Assembly: GCA_007131175.1 (NCBI GenBank)
Contig: SLRC01000159.1
Coordinates: forward strand, 1-50,455
Direction of reading: 5' to 3'
From: Syntrophomonadaceae bacterium
Lineage (GTDB): Bacteria > Bacillota > Dethiobacteria > DTU022 > UBA8154
Length of the DNA stretch: 50,455 bases
Numbering within the stretch: position 1 is the stretch's first letter; the number at the start of each line of letters is the position of its first letter. The position numbers were made by a program, and so were the translations under genes. This document shows, in pieces, positions 1-9,528 of the stretch. The notes under the pieces are model-generated. The model had not been told where the DNA came from. It saw only the letters and a program-made list of their open reading frames with translations, and did no database searches.

Positions 1-71
1 GCTTAGAAGCCGGTTATGACTATAGTAAAAAATTCTTTATGATACTTCCCGGTTAAATTTTCTCCTCTGCC

Positions 72-100
72 TTGACGGAAAAGATGTGAAAGAGTAGAAT
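72..100 (+). promoter_or_regulatory. sigma-A-type promoter of the SCIFF operon
   Basis: TTGACG (72-77), 17-nt spacer, TAGAAT (95-100), about 50 nt upstream of the SCIFF ATG. Confidence 0.55.
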
Positions 101-151
101 GAAGTGCAGCGTTTATTTCAGTTTACTTAAGCTAAAAGGAGATGTGGCCAG

Positions 152-301
152 ATGCGGCATATCAAAACTGTTAAAAAGGGAAACCTCCAGGAACTGGATA
201 GACGGGGATGCCGGGAATGTCAGGCTTCCTGTCAGTCAGCCTGCAAGACATCCTGTACCGTAGGCAGCCAGCGCTGCCGCCAGGAGGAGCAGGATCGTTA
301 A
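152..301 (+). CDS. scfA: SCIFF six-cysteine ranthipeptide precursor (49 aa)
   Basis: Hand-translated; absent from the ORF track because it is under 60 aa: MRHIKTVKKGNLQELDRRGCRECQASCQSACKTSCTVGSQRCRQEEQDR. AAAGGAG RBS at 135-141. Six Cys spaced C-x2-C-x3-C-x3-C-x3-C-x6-C, with the GC.EC..SCQSACKTSC core typical of the SCIFF family. Lies directly upstream of a radical SAM/SPASM gene. Confidence 0.9.
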   Translation: MRHIKTVKKGNLQELDRRGCRECQASCQSACKTSCTVGSQRCRQEEQDR

Positions 302-372
302 ATTTAGATGATTTAGGTAACAGAAGAAAGGGGCATGCCGTATCGCCTGCCCGGACCACAACGTAAATTAAA

Positions 373-398
373 AGTAGTCCAGCAGGACTGCTTTTTTA
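373..398 (+). terminator. intrinsic terminator/attenuator hairpin between SCIFF precursor and maturase
   Basis: AGTAGTCC (373-380), AGCA loop, GGACTGCT (385-392): an 8-bp stem with one G-U pair, running into a T6 tract. Confidence 0.6.
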
Positions 399-431
399 TT
401 ATTATTAGGTGTATGGAATGGAGGGAAAGGT

Positions 432-1778
432 TTGACCGATTTGCACATGTTTCACTACCGGGACAAGCGCCTGGTCTATGATGTGAACAGCGGCTCACTC
501 CATGAAGTGGACGAACTGGCCTGGGAACTTATTCGCCGAATGTGTAGTGGCGGGGAACTTAATCAAAATGAAGTGTTTTCTTTACAAAGTTACAGCCCAC
601 GGGAAATTGAGCAGGCACAAACGGAGATCAATATTTTGAAGGATGGGCAAATGCTTTTCAGTTTGCCACCTCCAGGTTTGGAGCAACGATCCGGGGGCGG
701 CAGGCTAAAAGCCCTCTGTCTTTTTATGTCCTGCAACTGTAATCTTCAATGCAGCTATTGCTTCGCCCGGCCAATGGAGCAGGGAAAGGATAATAACGGC
801 AATATGAACAGGGATGTGGCCCTCAGGGCAGTGGATTTGCTGCTGGAGCAGGAAGACGGGCATTTTTGCGAAATTGATTTTTTCGGTGGTGAACCATTGC
901 TCAATTTTCCCCTTATCAGGGAAATTGTTGACTATGCCCAAAACGGCGGTGTGCACAAAAACAAAGAATTTACATTCACCCTCACCACCAACGCTCTGCT
1001 ACTTGGAGAAGATGTGTCAGCTTTTTTAAATAAGGAAAATATTAGTGTTATCCTCAGTCTGGATGGCAGACCTGCTGTCCATGATCGTATGCGACGTGCC
1101 GTATCGGGAGAGGAAAGTTATGCCCGTGTGTTGCCCCATATGCACAAATTTCTGCAGGAACGGGGATATAATAACTATTTTATCCGGGGAACATACACAG
1201 CCCATAATCTTGATTTTTGTAAGGATGTGGAGCATCTCGTGGCGGAAGGGTTTGACTCCCTTTCCCTTGAACCTGTGGTGGCTAAGGCCGGGTTGCCATA
1301 CGCGCTGCAAGAAGGTCACATCCCCCGCCTGGAAGAGGAATATGACAGCCTGGTTGAGCTTTACTTAGAGCGTCGTAATGCGGGGCGTCCCTTCCATTTC
1401 TATCATTTTGATATGGACTTGGAAAAGGGCCCCTGTGTTTATAAGCGCCTCAGCGGTTGTGGGGCGGGCATAGAATACCTGGCAGTTGCGGCTGACGGAA
1501 CCCTTTATCCCTGCCACCAGTTTGTGGGAACGGATGAATTCTGCCTGGGCAAGCTGGGTGATGGACCTCTTGAACTGGATCATGAAGGGGGGAAGCGAGT
1601 AGCCTTATCCGCTGCACAGCGGGATGAATGCCCCCATTGCTGGGCCCGTTACCTTTGCGGTGGGGGGTGTGCTGCTGCGTCCTACTTCCTGGCAGGTGAC
1701 CTGTACCGTAATGACAATCTCTACTGCACCCTGCAGCGGATAAGGCTGGAACGTGCCCTCTACCTGCAGGCGGTGTAA
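432..1778 (+). CDS. scfB: SCIFF peptide maturase, radical SAM/SPASM thioether-forming enzyme
   Basis: CNLQCSYC radical SAM cluster motif. C-terminal SPASM cysteines (GCGAG..YPCHQF; CPHCWARYLCGGGC). Adjacent to the SCIFF precursor. Start is TTG 432 or ATG 447. Confidence 0.9.
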   Translation: MTDLHMFHYRDKRLVYDVNSGSLHEVDELAWELIRRMCSGGELNQNEVFSLQSYSPREIEQAQTEINILKDGQMLFSLPPPGLEQRSGGGRLKALCLFMSCNCNLQCSYCFARPMEQGKDNNGNMNRDVALRAVDLLLEQEDGHFCEIDFFGGEPLLNFPLIREIVDYAQNGGVHKNKEFTFTLTTNALLLGEDVSAFLNKENISVILSLDGRPAVHDRMRRAVSGEESYARVLPHMHKFLQERGYNNYFIRGTYTAHNLDFCKDVEHLVAEGFDSLSLEPVVAKAGLPYALQEGHIPRLEEEYDSLVELYLERRNAGRPFHFYHFDMDLEKGPCVYKRLSGCGAGIEYLAVAADGTLYPCHQFVGTDEFCLGKLGDGPLELDHEGGKRVALSAAQRDECPHCWARYLCGGGCAAASYFLAGDLYRNDNLYCTLQRIRLERALYLQAV

Positions 1779-1830
1779 TCACCACCACCTGATTGGAATA
1801 CTGAATTAAAAAAGAAGGAAGTAAGCAACG

Positions 1831-3222
1831 ATGGACATTTTTACTTATAATTGGGATGAGGAGGTGCAAAAAACCGGGCCTTTGGCCAGGCGTATGGCAC
1901 CGCAGAACCTGGATGAATTTGTGGGCCAGGAGCACCTGTTAGGGGCAAACAGTCCCCTGCGACGACTGATTGAAGAGGATCTTCTTTCTTCCGTCATTTT
2001 TCACGGACCACCGGGAACGGGGAAAACGGCCCTGGCTCGCATTATCGCCACACATACAAAGTCCGGCTTTTCCCGCCTTAATGCGGTTACGGCAGGCGTT
2101 AAAGATGTGCGGATGATAATTGATGAAGCACGGGCAGGCAGATCGCTCCAGGGAAAAAAGACCATCTTGTTTATTGATGAAATTCACCGCTTTAATAAGG
2201 TACAGCAGGATGCCCTGCTCCCTTCAGTGGAAGAGGGGCTTATTTACCTAATCGGAGCCACCACGGAAAATCCTTTTTTTTCGCTTGTTCCGCCCCTGTT
2301 GTCCCGTTCTCTGATTTTTACGTTTGAAAGCCTTTCTATTGAAGCCATTAAGCAGGTAATAATAAGAGCCCTGTCTGATCCGGAGCGAGGTTTAGGCCGT
2401 TTTGGTGCGGGCTTAACGGAAGAGGCTCTAAATTACCTGTCAGATATGGCCGAGGGAGATGCCCGCATCGCCCTTAATACATTGGAAGCAGCAGTGGTGA
2501 GTCAGGCCGCTGATAATAAAATGCTTACCGAACCTCTTACAGTGAAACAATTACGGGGAAGCATCGGGCGCAAAACCCTTCGCTATGATGCGGGGGGTGA
2601 TTATCACTATGATATTATTTCTGCATTCATCAAATCAATACGGGGTTCTGATCCGGATGCAGCTCTTTTCTGGTTGGCGCGCATGCTTGAAAGTGGTGAG
2701 GACCCAATGTTTATTGCAAGGCGATTAATTATCAGTGCGAGTGAAGATATTGGTAATGCAGATCCTAAGGCCCTTTCCCTGGCTACTGCAGCTGCACAGG
2801 CAGTGCAGCAAATTGGTCTGCCGGAGGGTCGTATCCCCCTGGCACAGGTGACTACTTATCTTGCTGCAGCTCCTAAAAGCAATGCTGCCTACGTTGCCAT
2901 TAATGAGGCCCAGGCGTTGATTAACAAGGGGCCGCTGGGAGTTGTGCCTCATCACCTGCGGGACGGAAGTTATGGAGGGGCCTCACGTTTAGGTCACGGT
3001 CAGGGTTACCTTTACCCCCACGACTTTCCGGGACATTTTGTGCCTCAAACATACCTGCCACAGGGCCTGGAGAAAAAAATTTTTTACTCTCCCGGGACAG
3101 AAGGGGAGGAAAAGGCACTGGGTGAGCGTTTAAAGCGCTGGCGTATGCTCATGGGGAAAATTAAAGTCGAAAGTCCAACGGCGAAAAGTCAGGAGCAAAA
3201 AAAAGAAAAGTCAAACGAATAA
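1831..3222 (+). CDS. rarA: replication-associated recombination protein A (AAA+ ATPase RarA/MgsA)
   Basis: Walker A GPPGTGKTALAR, Walker B ILFIDEIHRF, and the conserved C-terminal MgsA region (ISAFIKSIRGSDPDAALFWLARML, FIARRL). Confidence 0.93.
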   Translation: MDIFTYNWDEEVQKTGPLARRMAPQNLDEFVGQEHLLGANSPLRRLIEEDLLSSVIFHGPPGTGKTALARIIATHTKSGFSRLNAVTAGVKDVRMIIDEARAGRSLQGKKTILFIDEIHRFNKVQQDALLPSVEEGLIYLIGATTENPFFSLVPPLLSRSLIFTFESLSIEAIKQVIIRALSDPERGLGRFGAGLTEEALNYLSDMAEGDARIALNTLEAAVVSQAADNKMLTEPLTVKQLRGSIGRKTLRYDAGGDYHYDIISAFIKSIRGSDPDAALFWLARMLESGEDPMFIARRLIISASEDIGNADPKALSLATAAAQAVQQIGLPEGRIPLAQVTTYLAAAPKSNAAYVAINEAQALINKGPLGVVPHHLRDGSYGGASRLGHGQGYLYPHDFPGHFVPQTYLPQGLEKKIFYSPGTEGEEKALGERLKRWRMLMGKIKVESPTAKSQEQKKEKSNE

Positions 3223-3315
3223 GTTTTAGGATACCTCAGAGACTGTATATTAGGGTAACGGTACATTTATTTTTAGGTATCATAACACTTGAATGGTTTA
3301 ACAAAGGGGAATTAT

Positions 3316-3960
3316 ATGTTTTGTTATTATACCGTTAAGACTAAGGTGCAAGTGAAAATCGCGGTTGGGGCATGTCGTTTTTATGCATCTATTGCCCCAG
3401 TGGAAAATGAGTCGGAGGTAAAGACCTATCTAAAAGCAGTAGAGGAACAACTTCCCGGTGCCACTCATTATGCAAATGCATTTCGTCTTGGTTTTGGAGA
3501 TGAGATGCTGGCACGCAGTGATGATGATGGAGAGCCGGCAGGAACGGCAGGAACCCCTCTTTTAGCCGTTCTGGAAAAGGCGGAAGTGACAAACGTGATG
3601 TTGGTGGGGACAAGATTTTTTGGTGGTGTCAAACTGGGGATTGGTGGACTGATTCGTGCTTACCGTGCCTGCGGTGAAGCAGGAGTTAAAGCCGCAACCA
3701 TTGTGAAGGAAGAACTTAAGGTTAAGATGAAGTTGTTGGTTCCCTACGGCTACCTGGGCGCAGTGGAGCGGGAAATTAAAGCCTTGGAAGGGGAAGTGCT
3801 TCAGCATAGTTTTGGTGAGCATGTTTCCTTAAATATAATACTTCCCTTACGCAGAATAAACGGTTTTGATGAACGTATCGCAGGAATCAGCCGGGGGGAA
3901 GTTGTGATTAAAGCTAAAGGGATATTTAAACCATATCAGGAGAGTTTATCTGCCAAATGA
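3316..3960 (+). CDS. yigZ: YigZ/IMPACT-family protein (UPF0029)
   Basis: DDGEPAGTAGTPLL and VTRFFGGVKLGIGGLIRAY-like motifs of the IMPACT N-domain. ATG 3316 follows an AAGGGGA RBS; the TTG at 3289 in the ORF track is less likely. Confidence 0.8.
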   Translation: MFCYYTVKTKVQVKIAVGACRFYASIAPVENESEVKTYLKAVEEQLPGATHYANAFRLGFGDEMLARSDDDGEPAGTAGTPLLAVLEKAEVTNVMLVGTRFFGGVKLGIGGLIRAYRACGEAGVKAATIVKEELKVKMKLLVPYGYLGAVEREIKALEGEVLQHSFGEHVSLNIILPLRRINGFDERIAGISRGEVVIKAKGIFKPYQESLSAK

Positions 3961-5102
3961 ACAAAATAAATGATGTGGACGGAAAAAGAGTGATGGTGGC
4001 CATGAGTGGTGGGGTTGACAGCTCTGTTGCTGCGTTGCTACTCAAAATATCGGGTTATGATGTGGTGGGAGTGACTCTGCGGCTCTGGGTTGATCCCCGT
4101 TCCGAAGCGGAAGCCGGTGCTGAGTCCAGGGGGTGCTGTTCCCTGGAAGCGATTACGGACGCACGAAGAGTGGCTGATATGCTTCAAATTCCCCATTATG
4201 TTTTAAACATGCAGGATAAATTTAAAGAACATATCGTCCGTAATTTTACGAGCGAATACATGCAGGGTAGAACGCCCAATCCCTGTATTGAATGTAACCG
4301 TAGCATAAAATTTTCTATGCTTTTGCAAAAAGCCCGGGGACTGGGGATTGGCAAACTGGCCACAGGTCATTATGCCCGTATCCAATACGATACTGCAGCA
4401 GGATATTACAGGCTTTTAAAAGGGCGTGACAAACGGAAAGATCAGAGTTACATGCTATATGTTCTGGGGCAGGCTGAGCTCGCTTCCACTCTATTTCCCC
4501 TTGGTGATATGAATAAGGAGCAGGTGCGGGAATTGGCGGAGGCGAATGCACTGCGTGTGGCTCATAAAAAAGAGAGCCAGGAAATATGTTTCATCCCTGA
4601 TAATGACTATCGTGCTTTTATGGAGCGACAGTGCCCACAGGCTCATCAGCCAGGGGATATCCTTTCCACTTCAGGACGGAAGCTGGGCCATCACAGCGGT
4701 ATTGCCGCGTATACTGTGGGACAGCGTAAAGGACTTGGAATTACCTCTCCCACGCCCCTTTATGTGGTGCACATTGACGCCCACCGCAATATCGTTGTTG
4801 TGGGCGCCGAAGAGGAAACATACAGTGACGGATTATTTGCAGATAATCTGCGCTTTGTTGCTGGTATTGCTCCCGAAAACAAAACAAGGATTCAGGTGAA
4901 AATACGTTACCGGGCTCCAGCGGTCCCCGCTTTTCTTTTCCCCCCCGTGGGGGGCCGGGCCAGGGTTATGTTTGAGAAAGAACAAAAAGCTGTTACCCCC
5001 GGGCAGTCTGCCGTTTTTTACACGGGGGATGAAGTGATCGGAGGCGGTGTAATACAAACTGTACTGCAAAGAGGAAAGACAAGGGTTGGAAGGAAAGATT
5101 AA
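3957..5102 (+). CDS. mnmA: tRNA 2-thiouridine(34) synthase MnmA
   Basis: PP-loop VAMSGGVDSSVAA, catalytic Cys context NPCIECN, and QSYML motif. ATGA overlap with yigZ. Confidence 0.95.
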   Translation: MNKINDVDGKRVMVAMSGGVDSSVAALLLKISGYDVVGVTLRLWVDPRSEAEAGAESRGCCSLEAITDARRVADMLQIPHYVLNMQDKFKEHIVRNFTSEYMQGRTPNPCIECNRSIKFSMLLQKARGLGIGKLATGHYARIQYDTAAGYYRLLKGRDKRKDQSYMLYVLGQAELASTLFPLGDMNKEQVRELAEANALRVAHKKESQEICFIPDNDYRAFMERQCPQAHQPGDILSTSGRKLGHHSGIAAYTVGQRKGLGITSPTPLYVVHIDAHRNIVVVGAEEETYSDGLFADNLRFVAGIAPENKTRIQVKIRYRAPAVPAFLFPPVGGRARVMFEKEQKAVTPGQSAVFYTGDEVIGGGVIQTVLQRGKTRVGRKD

Positions 5103-5130
5103 GGATGAATAGATTCCTTTATTAGATTAT

Positions 5131-5158
5131 GCCCTGATTTTTTATCGGGGTATTTTTA
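5131..5158 (+). terminator. possible intrinsic terminator after mnmA
   Basis: CCCTGAT (5132-5138) / ATCGGGG (5144-5150): a 7-bp stem with one G-U pair and a T5 loop, followed by TATTTTTA. Confidence 0.4.
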
Positions 5159-5228
5159 TCTCTTTTTCTGGAGAATATAGTATTAACTGAGCCTTGGCAG
5201 AGTAATTTTGAAATTAGGAGGAACGCAT

Positions 5229-5465
5229 ATGACCTGTCCGGTCTGTAATGGTAATAACACCGGGAAAATCGGGGGCAATACATATTATTGTGCCAGTTGT
5301 CTGCTGGAATATGAGGAGCAGGACGGCAAAATCAATATTTACTATATTGATCCCGATGGTACGGCTGTATCACTGAAAAATACCGATACAGCGCAAAAGT
5401 TAGTGAGCACTCTGCAGCAGGATGACGAACAGTTACTTTCGTGGGAAGATATAAGACCGAGATAG
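5229..5465 (+). CDS. small zinc-ribbon protein, function unknown (78 aa)
   Basis: AGGAGGA RBS before ATG 5229. CPVC...CASC pair of CxxC motifs. No family recognised. Confidence 0.55.
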   Translation: MTCPVCNGNNTGKIGGNTYYCASCLLEYEEQDGKINIYYIDPDGTAVSLKNTDTAQKLVSTLQQDDEQLLSWEDIRPR

Positions 5466-5486
5466 CCTGGGAGGGGTTGAGCTGCC

Positions 5487-6479
5487 ATGGGGGGAATTGT
5501 GGAGTTTGTAATTACTCCTTTGCTTCTGTCTGTACTGCTGGCTTATCTGCTGGCCCCTCCGGTGCGGTATCTACAGAAAAAGCAGCATCTCACCCGTTCT
5601 TCAGCCATCCTTACTCTCTATATATTTTTTGCAGCCGTGTTTCTTCTTATCTGCCTGAATATTTTCCCCGCCTTACTACAGGAACTGGATGAATTAGCGG
5701 ATCTTTTGCCCGAATACACAGAAAGAACTGTCCTTTTGCTTGAAGGACTGGAAGACCGCTGGAAGCGTTTTGCAATACCACCGAGTGTGCGTGGTGCCAT
5801 TGATGAGAATATACGTGGTCTGCAAAGTATGCTGGCACAGCGGCTGGAAAAACTTGCCTTGTTCATGCTCTCCGTTATCGCACGGATAATCGGCCTTTTG
5901 TTGGTTCCCTTATTTACTTTTTATTTCTTACGAGACAGTGATTATATAAAAAATAAACTCCTTTTGAAGATACCCCGTTCCCTGCGAAGGGAGATGGAGC
6001 AGACACTGGCAGATGTAAACAAGACATTGGGGGCTTACTTGCGAGGGATAATCGTAGTCAGTCTCGCTGTAGGAGGGATGCTCTATCTGGGGTTACTAAT
6101 TCTAGGTGTTGAATTTGCCCTTTTTTTAGGAATATTGAATGCCCTGTTGAATATTATCCCTTATTTTGGGCCCCTGATTGGTGCAGTTCCGGTAGTAATC
6201 ATTGCTTTACTTCAGTCGTCCAGCCTGGCCGGTAAGGCGATACTTTTAATAATCATTGTACAACAGGTGGAAAGTCAGTTAATCACGCCCCGAGTTTTTG
6301 GGCATCAATTAGGATTTCACCCCCTTGTTGTTGTAATTGCACTTTTGTTGGGCGGTATCTATCTTGGGTTTTTTGGACTAGTGTTCATCATTCCCCTGAC
6401 CGCAGTAATATTAATCTTTATAAAGCATTTCTACCCCCTTGTGAAACAATTTATTAAGGAGAAGGAGGGTTGGCTTTAA
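5487..6479 (+). CDS. AI-2E family transporter (PerM/YtvI-like permease)
   Basis: Multi-TM protein with the characteristic NIIPYFGPLIGAVP and QQVESQLITPRV motifs. Confidence 0.88.
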   Translation: MGGIVEFVITPLLLSVLLAYLLAPPVRYLQKKQHLTRSSAILTLYIFFAAVFLLICLNIFPALLQELDELADLLPEYTERTVLLLEGLEDRWKRFAIPPSVRGAIDENIRGLQSMLAQRLEKLALFMLSVIARIIGLLLVPLFTFYFLRDSDYIKNKLLLKIPRSLRREMEQTLADVNKTLGAYLRGIIVVSLAVGGMLYLGLLILGVEFALFLGILNALLNIIPYFGPLIGAVPVVIIALLQSSSLAGKAILLIIIVQQVESQLITPRVFGHQLGFHPLVVVIALLLGGIYLGFFGLVFIIPLTAVILIFIKHFYPLVKQFIKEKEGWL

Positions 6480-6492
6480 CACTTCCTTTTCA

Positions 6493-6521
6493 TTGACAGG
6501 CCCAAATATTGCCGCTATAAT
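6493..6521 (+). promoter_or_regulatory. consensus sigma-A promoter of alaS
   Basis: TTGACA (6493-6498), 17-nt spacer, TATAAT (6516-6521): both hexamers match consensus perfectly, 30 nt upstream of the alaS ATG. Confidence 0.7.
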
Positions 6522-6551
6522 TGTTTTGATCCTTATTTGGAGGCAAATGAT

Positions 6552-9200
6552 ATGAAAAGCAGTGAAATACGGGATTTGTTTTTGCATTTTTTTAAAGAAA
6601 AGGAACACTTGATCCTTCCCAGTTTTCCCCTTGTACCGCAAAATGACCCAACTTTATTGCTTATTGGGGCTGGTATGGCTCCTTTAAAGCCTTATTTTAC
6701 AGGGGAGAAACAACCTCCCAGCACACGTATTGCTACCTGCCAAAAGTGTGTGCGCACACCGGATATAGAGAAGGTTGGCATAACGGCACGACATGCCACT
6801 TTTTTCGAGATGCTCGGTAATTTTTCTTTTGGTGACTATTTTAAAAAGGAAGCAATAGCCTGGGCCTGGGAGTTGATGACGGAAGGATATGCTTTCCCGG
6901 AAGAGCGGTTGTTCGTAAGTATATACGAAGAAGATGATGAGTCCTTTGCCATCTGGCGTAATGATATGGGGCTGCCGGAAGAAAAGATTTTCCGTCTCGG
7001 CAAAGAGGATAATTTTTGGGAGATTGGGCCAGGCCCTTGTGGGCCATGTTCGGAAATATATTACGACCGGGGTTCAAAGTACGGCTGTGATAGCCCTAAT
7101 TGTACTGTTGGCTGCGATTGTGACCGCTATCTCGAAGTGTGGAACCTGGTCTTTACCCAGTTTAACAAGGAACCTGACGGCTCCTACACCCCGTTAAAGC
7201 AGAAAAATATCGATACGGGGGCTGGTTTGGAGCGTTTGGCCGTTGCCTTGCAAGGGGCCTCTTCTCTTTTTGAAATAGATATAGTTAAGCCCCTGCTTGA
7301 TTATTTTGCGAAGCGGGCCGGGGTAGTTTATGGGAAAGAAGATCAAAATGATATTTCACTGCGTGTGATTACGGAGCATTTGCGCAGCGTTACGTTTATG
7401 ATTGCCGACGGGATTATGCCTGCTAATGAAGGACGGGGTTATGTGTTGCGCCGTATCCTGCGCCGGGCTGTCCGGCATGGTAAGATCCTCGGTGTGGATA
7501 CGTCTTTTCTCAATGAAGCTGTTCCCATGCTGGTGGAGCTAATGGGTGATACCTACCCGGAATTGCAACGTAATTGCGATTTTATTACGGGAGTAGTACG
7601 ACAGGAAGAGGAGCGCTTTGGCCGTACCCTGGATCAGGGAATGGAGATGCTTGACGAGCTGGCTGCCAGCCTTAAAGAAAAAAATGAAACAGTGCTGCCC
7701 GGTCGGGATGCTTTTAAGTTGTATGATACGTTTGGCTTTCCCCTTGATTTGACGCGGGAGATAATGGAAGAAAGAAATATTATGGTTGATGAGGAGGAGT
7801 TTGCCCAGGCTCTGGAAGAACAGCGTTTAAGGGCCCGGGCTGCCCTGGTCCAAAACCGTGAAGAAGGTGGGCATACAGATCTTCTCACATCCTTACTGCC
7901 CGGTGTGGAGACTCCATTCCTCGGTTATGAGGTGCTGGAAGTCACTGCTGAGGTGCAGGAAATCATTGAACGGAAAGATGATACTTACATTCGCCAGGAC
8001 AAAATTGCTGGTGATGATGATACATATATACTCCTTGATCGGACTCCTTTTTATGGAGAGAGGGGAGGTCAGGTGGGTGATACGGGAGAAATCCGCTGGG
8101 ATGGAGGCAGGGCAAAGGTAAATGCCACACTTGTCGGGCCATGTGGTGACATATTGCATCATGTGGTTTTGGAGAATGGATTTTTAAAGCGGGGGCAGTC
8201 AGTTCAAGCTGTTGTGGATAGACAGCGTCGCCGCTCAGTAGCCCGTAACCATACAGCAACACACTTGCTTCACCGTGCCCTGAAAGAGGTACTGGGTGAT
8301 CATGTAACCCAGGCCGGTTCTCTCGTATCTCCGGACCGTTTGCGTTTTGATTTCACCCATCTGGCAGCACTTACGGAGGATGAAATTAGGCGTATTGAAG
8401 CGTTGGCTAATGAAGCGGTATTTCACAACTTTTCCGTTAAACCATTTTCAAGCACCCTTCAGGAAGCTTTGGAAATGGGGGCTGTAGCCCTGTTTGACGA
8501 GAAATATGGTCAAATGGTCAGGGTTGTGCGTGTTTCTGATTATTCCATGGAGCTTTGCGGCGGCACCCATGTGGATGCCACGGGGGAAATAGGGATGGTC
8601 AAAATAATCCATGAGGGAAGTATCGGGTCCGGCTTGCGACGTATTGAAGCACTGACCGGGACAGGCGCTTATGAGTACTTGACGCAAAGCGATCGACTGC
8701 TCAAGGAGACGGCTGTCCTGCTTAAGACAACTCCGGATAATTTAACATCCCGGGTCAGTGAGCTACTTGAATCACAAAAAGAGCTGCAGCGAATGGTGAG
8801 AAGCCTGCAACAACAAATAGGCCTTTTTCGTGTGGAAAATCTATTGGAAAACATTAATTATACAACGGGTGTGCCCCTGTTAAGTGCCAGGGTGGAGGCA
8901 CAGGACACGGAGACCTTGCGCGTTTATTTGGATAAATTACGGGATGAAATGAAAAGTGGGGTCATCTTACTCAGTGCCGTAACCAATGGGCGGATTCTAT
9001 TTGCTGCTGCAGTGACTGCGGATCTTGTGAAAAAGGGCTTTCATGCCGGGAAGCTGGTTTCCGAAGTGGCCCGGATTACTGGTGGAGGCGGAGGAGGACG
9101 TCCAGATATGGCTCAGGCCGGTGGCAAAGAACCGCAAAAACTGGATCAGGCCATGGCCCGTGTGCCTGCACTGGTAAGGGAGCAGCACCAAAAGAACTAA
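6552..9200 (+). CDS. alaS: alanine--tRNA ligase
   Basis: Class II AlaRS N-terminus ([32 protein letters not shown]), editing-domain HTATHLL and CGGTH motifs, and a C-terminal DHHA1 GGGGG segment. ATG 6552 after a GGAGG RBS. Confidence 0.97.
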   Translation: MKSSEIRDLFLHFFKEKEHLILPSFPLVPQNDPTLLLIGAGMAPLKPYFTGEKQPPSTRIATCQKCVRTPDIEKVGITARHATFFEMLGNFSFGDYFKKEAIAWAWELMTEGYAFPEERLFVSIYEEDDESFAIWRNDMGLPEEKIFRLGKEDNFWEIGPGPCGPCSEIYYDRGSKYGCDSPNCTVGCDCDRYLEVWNLVFTQFNKEPDGSYTPLKQKNIDTGAGLERLAVALQGASSLFEIDIVKPLLDYFAKRAGVVYGKEDQNDISLRVITEHLRSVTFMIADGIMPANEGRGYVLRRILRRAVRHGKILGVDTSFLNEAVPMLVELMGDTYPELQRNCDFITGVVRQEEERFGRTLDQGMEMLDELAASLKEKNETVLPGRDAFKLYDTFGFPLDLTREIMEERNIMVDEEEFAQALEEQRLRARAALVQNREEGGHTDLLTSLLPGVETPFLGYEVLEVTAEVQEIIERKDDTYIRQDKIAGDDDTYILLDRTPFYGERGGQVGDTGEIRWDGGRAKVNATLVGPCGDILHHVVLENGFLKRGQSVQAVVDRQRRRSVARNHTATHLLHRALKEVLGDHVTQAGSLVSPDRLRFDFTHLAALTEDEIRRIEALANEAVFHNFSVKPFSSTLQEALEMGAVALFDEKYGQMVRVVRVSDYSMELCGGTHVDATGEIGMVKIIHEGSIGSGLRRIEALTGTGAYEYLTQSDRLLKETAVLLKTTPDNLTSRVSELLESQKELQRMVRSLQQQIGLFRVENLLENINYTTGVPLLSARVEAQDTETLRVYLDKLRDEMKSGVILLSAVTNGRILFAAAVTADLVKKGFHAGKLVSEVARITGGGGGGRPDMAQAGGKEPQKLDQAMARVPALVREQHQKN

Positions 9201-9247
9201 GCAGGATATCCAGGCAGAGCTGGCCTGGTGGGGAGGTGGATTGTTCT

Positions 9248-9520
9248 GTGGAAGATTTTAACCACACCATGAAATTTGATGTCCGTGCCGAAGAAGAGAT
9301 TAATGAAGCACAATTGGTGCTGAAAGATGTTTACGAGGCATTGAAACAGAAGGGTTATAACCCGATTAACCAGCTAGTGGGATACCTGTTATCAGGTGAC
9401 CCTGCCTATATTACAAGCTATAACAACGCCCGCAGCACTGTGCTAAAGCTGGAACGGGATGATTTGCTTGAGGAGATGGTACGCTTCTACCTCGACGGCA
9501 AGCTGGAAAAAGAAGGATAG
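9248..9520 (+). CDS. ireB: IreB-family regulatory phosphoprotein (UPF0297, YrzL-like)
   Basis: [22 protein letters not shown] signature. Start uncertain: GTG 9248 after GGGAGGTGG, or GTG 9236 or ATG 9269. Confidence 0.88.
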   Translation: MEDFNHTMKFDVRAEEEINEAQLVLKDVYEALKQKGYNPINQLVGYLLSGDPAYITSYNNARSTVLKLERDDLLEEMVRFYLDGKLEKEG

Positions 9521-9528
9521 TTAAATCC

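Noticed and set aside
1450-1935. 161-aa minus-strand ORF spanning the scfB 3' end and rarA 5' end. Similar antisense ORFs occur at 40735-41166, 41744-42298, 36551-36976, 37706-38122 and 21323-21772.
   Set aside because: These are shadow ORFs fully overlapping well-supported + strand genes. Their composition is low-complexity and Arg/Pro/Ser-rich, with no RBS or recognisable motifs.
5441-5692. 83-aa + strand ORF overlapping the start of the AI-2E permease gene
   Set aside because: It is an out-of-frame overlap with a well-supported membrane protein gene, and it lacks an RBS and conserved features.
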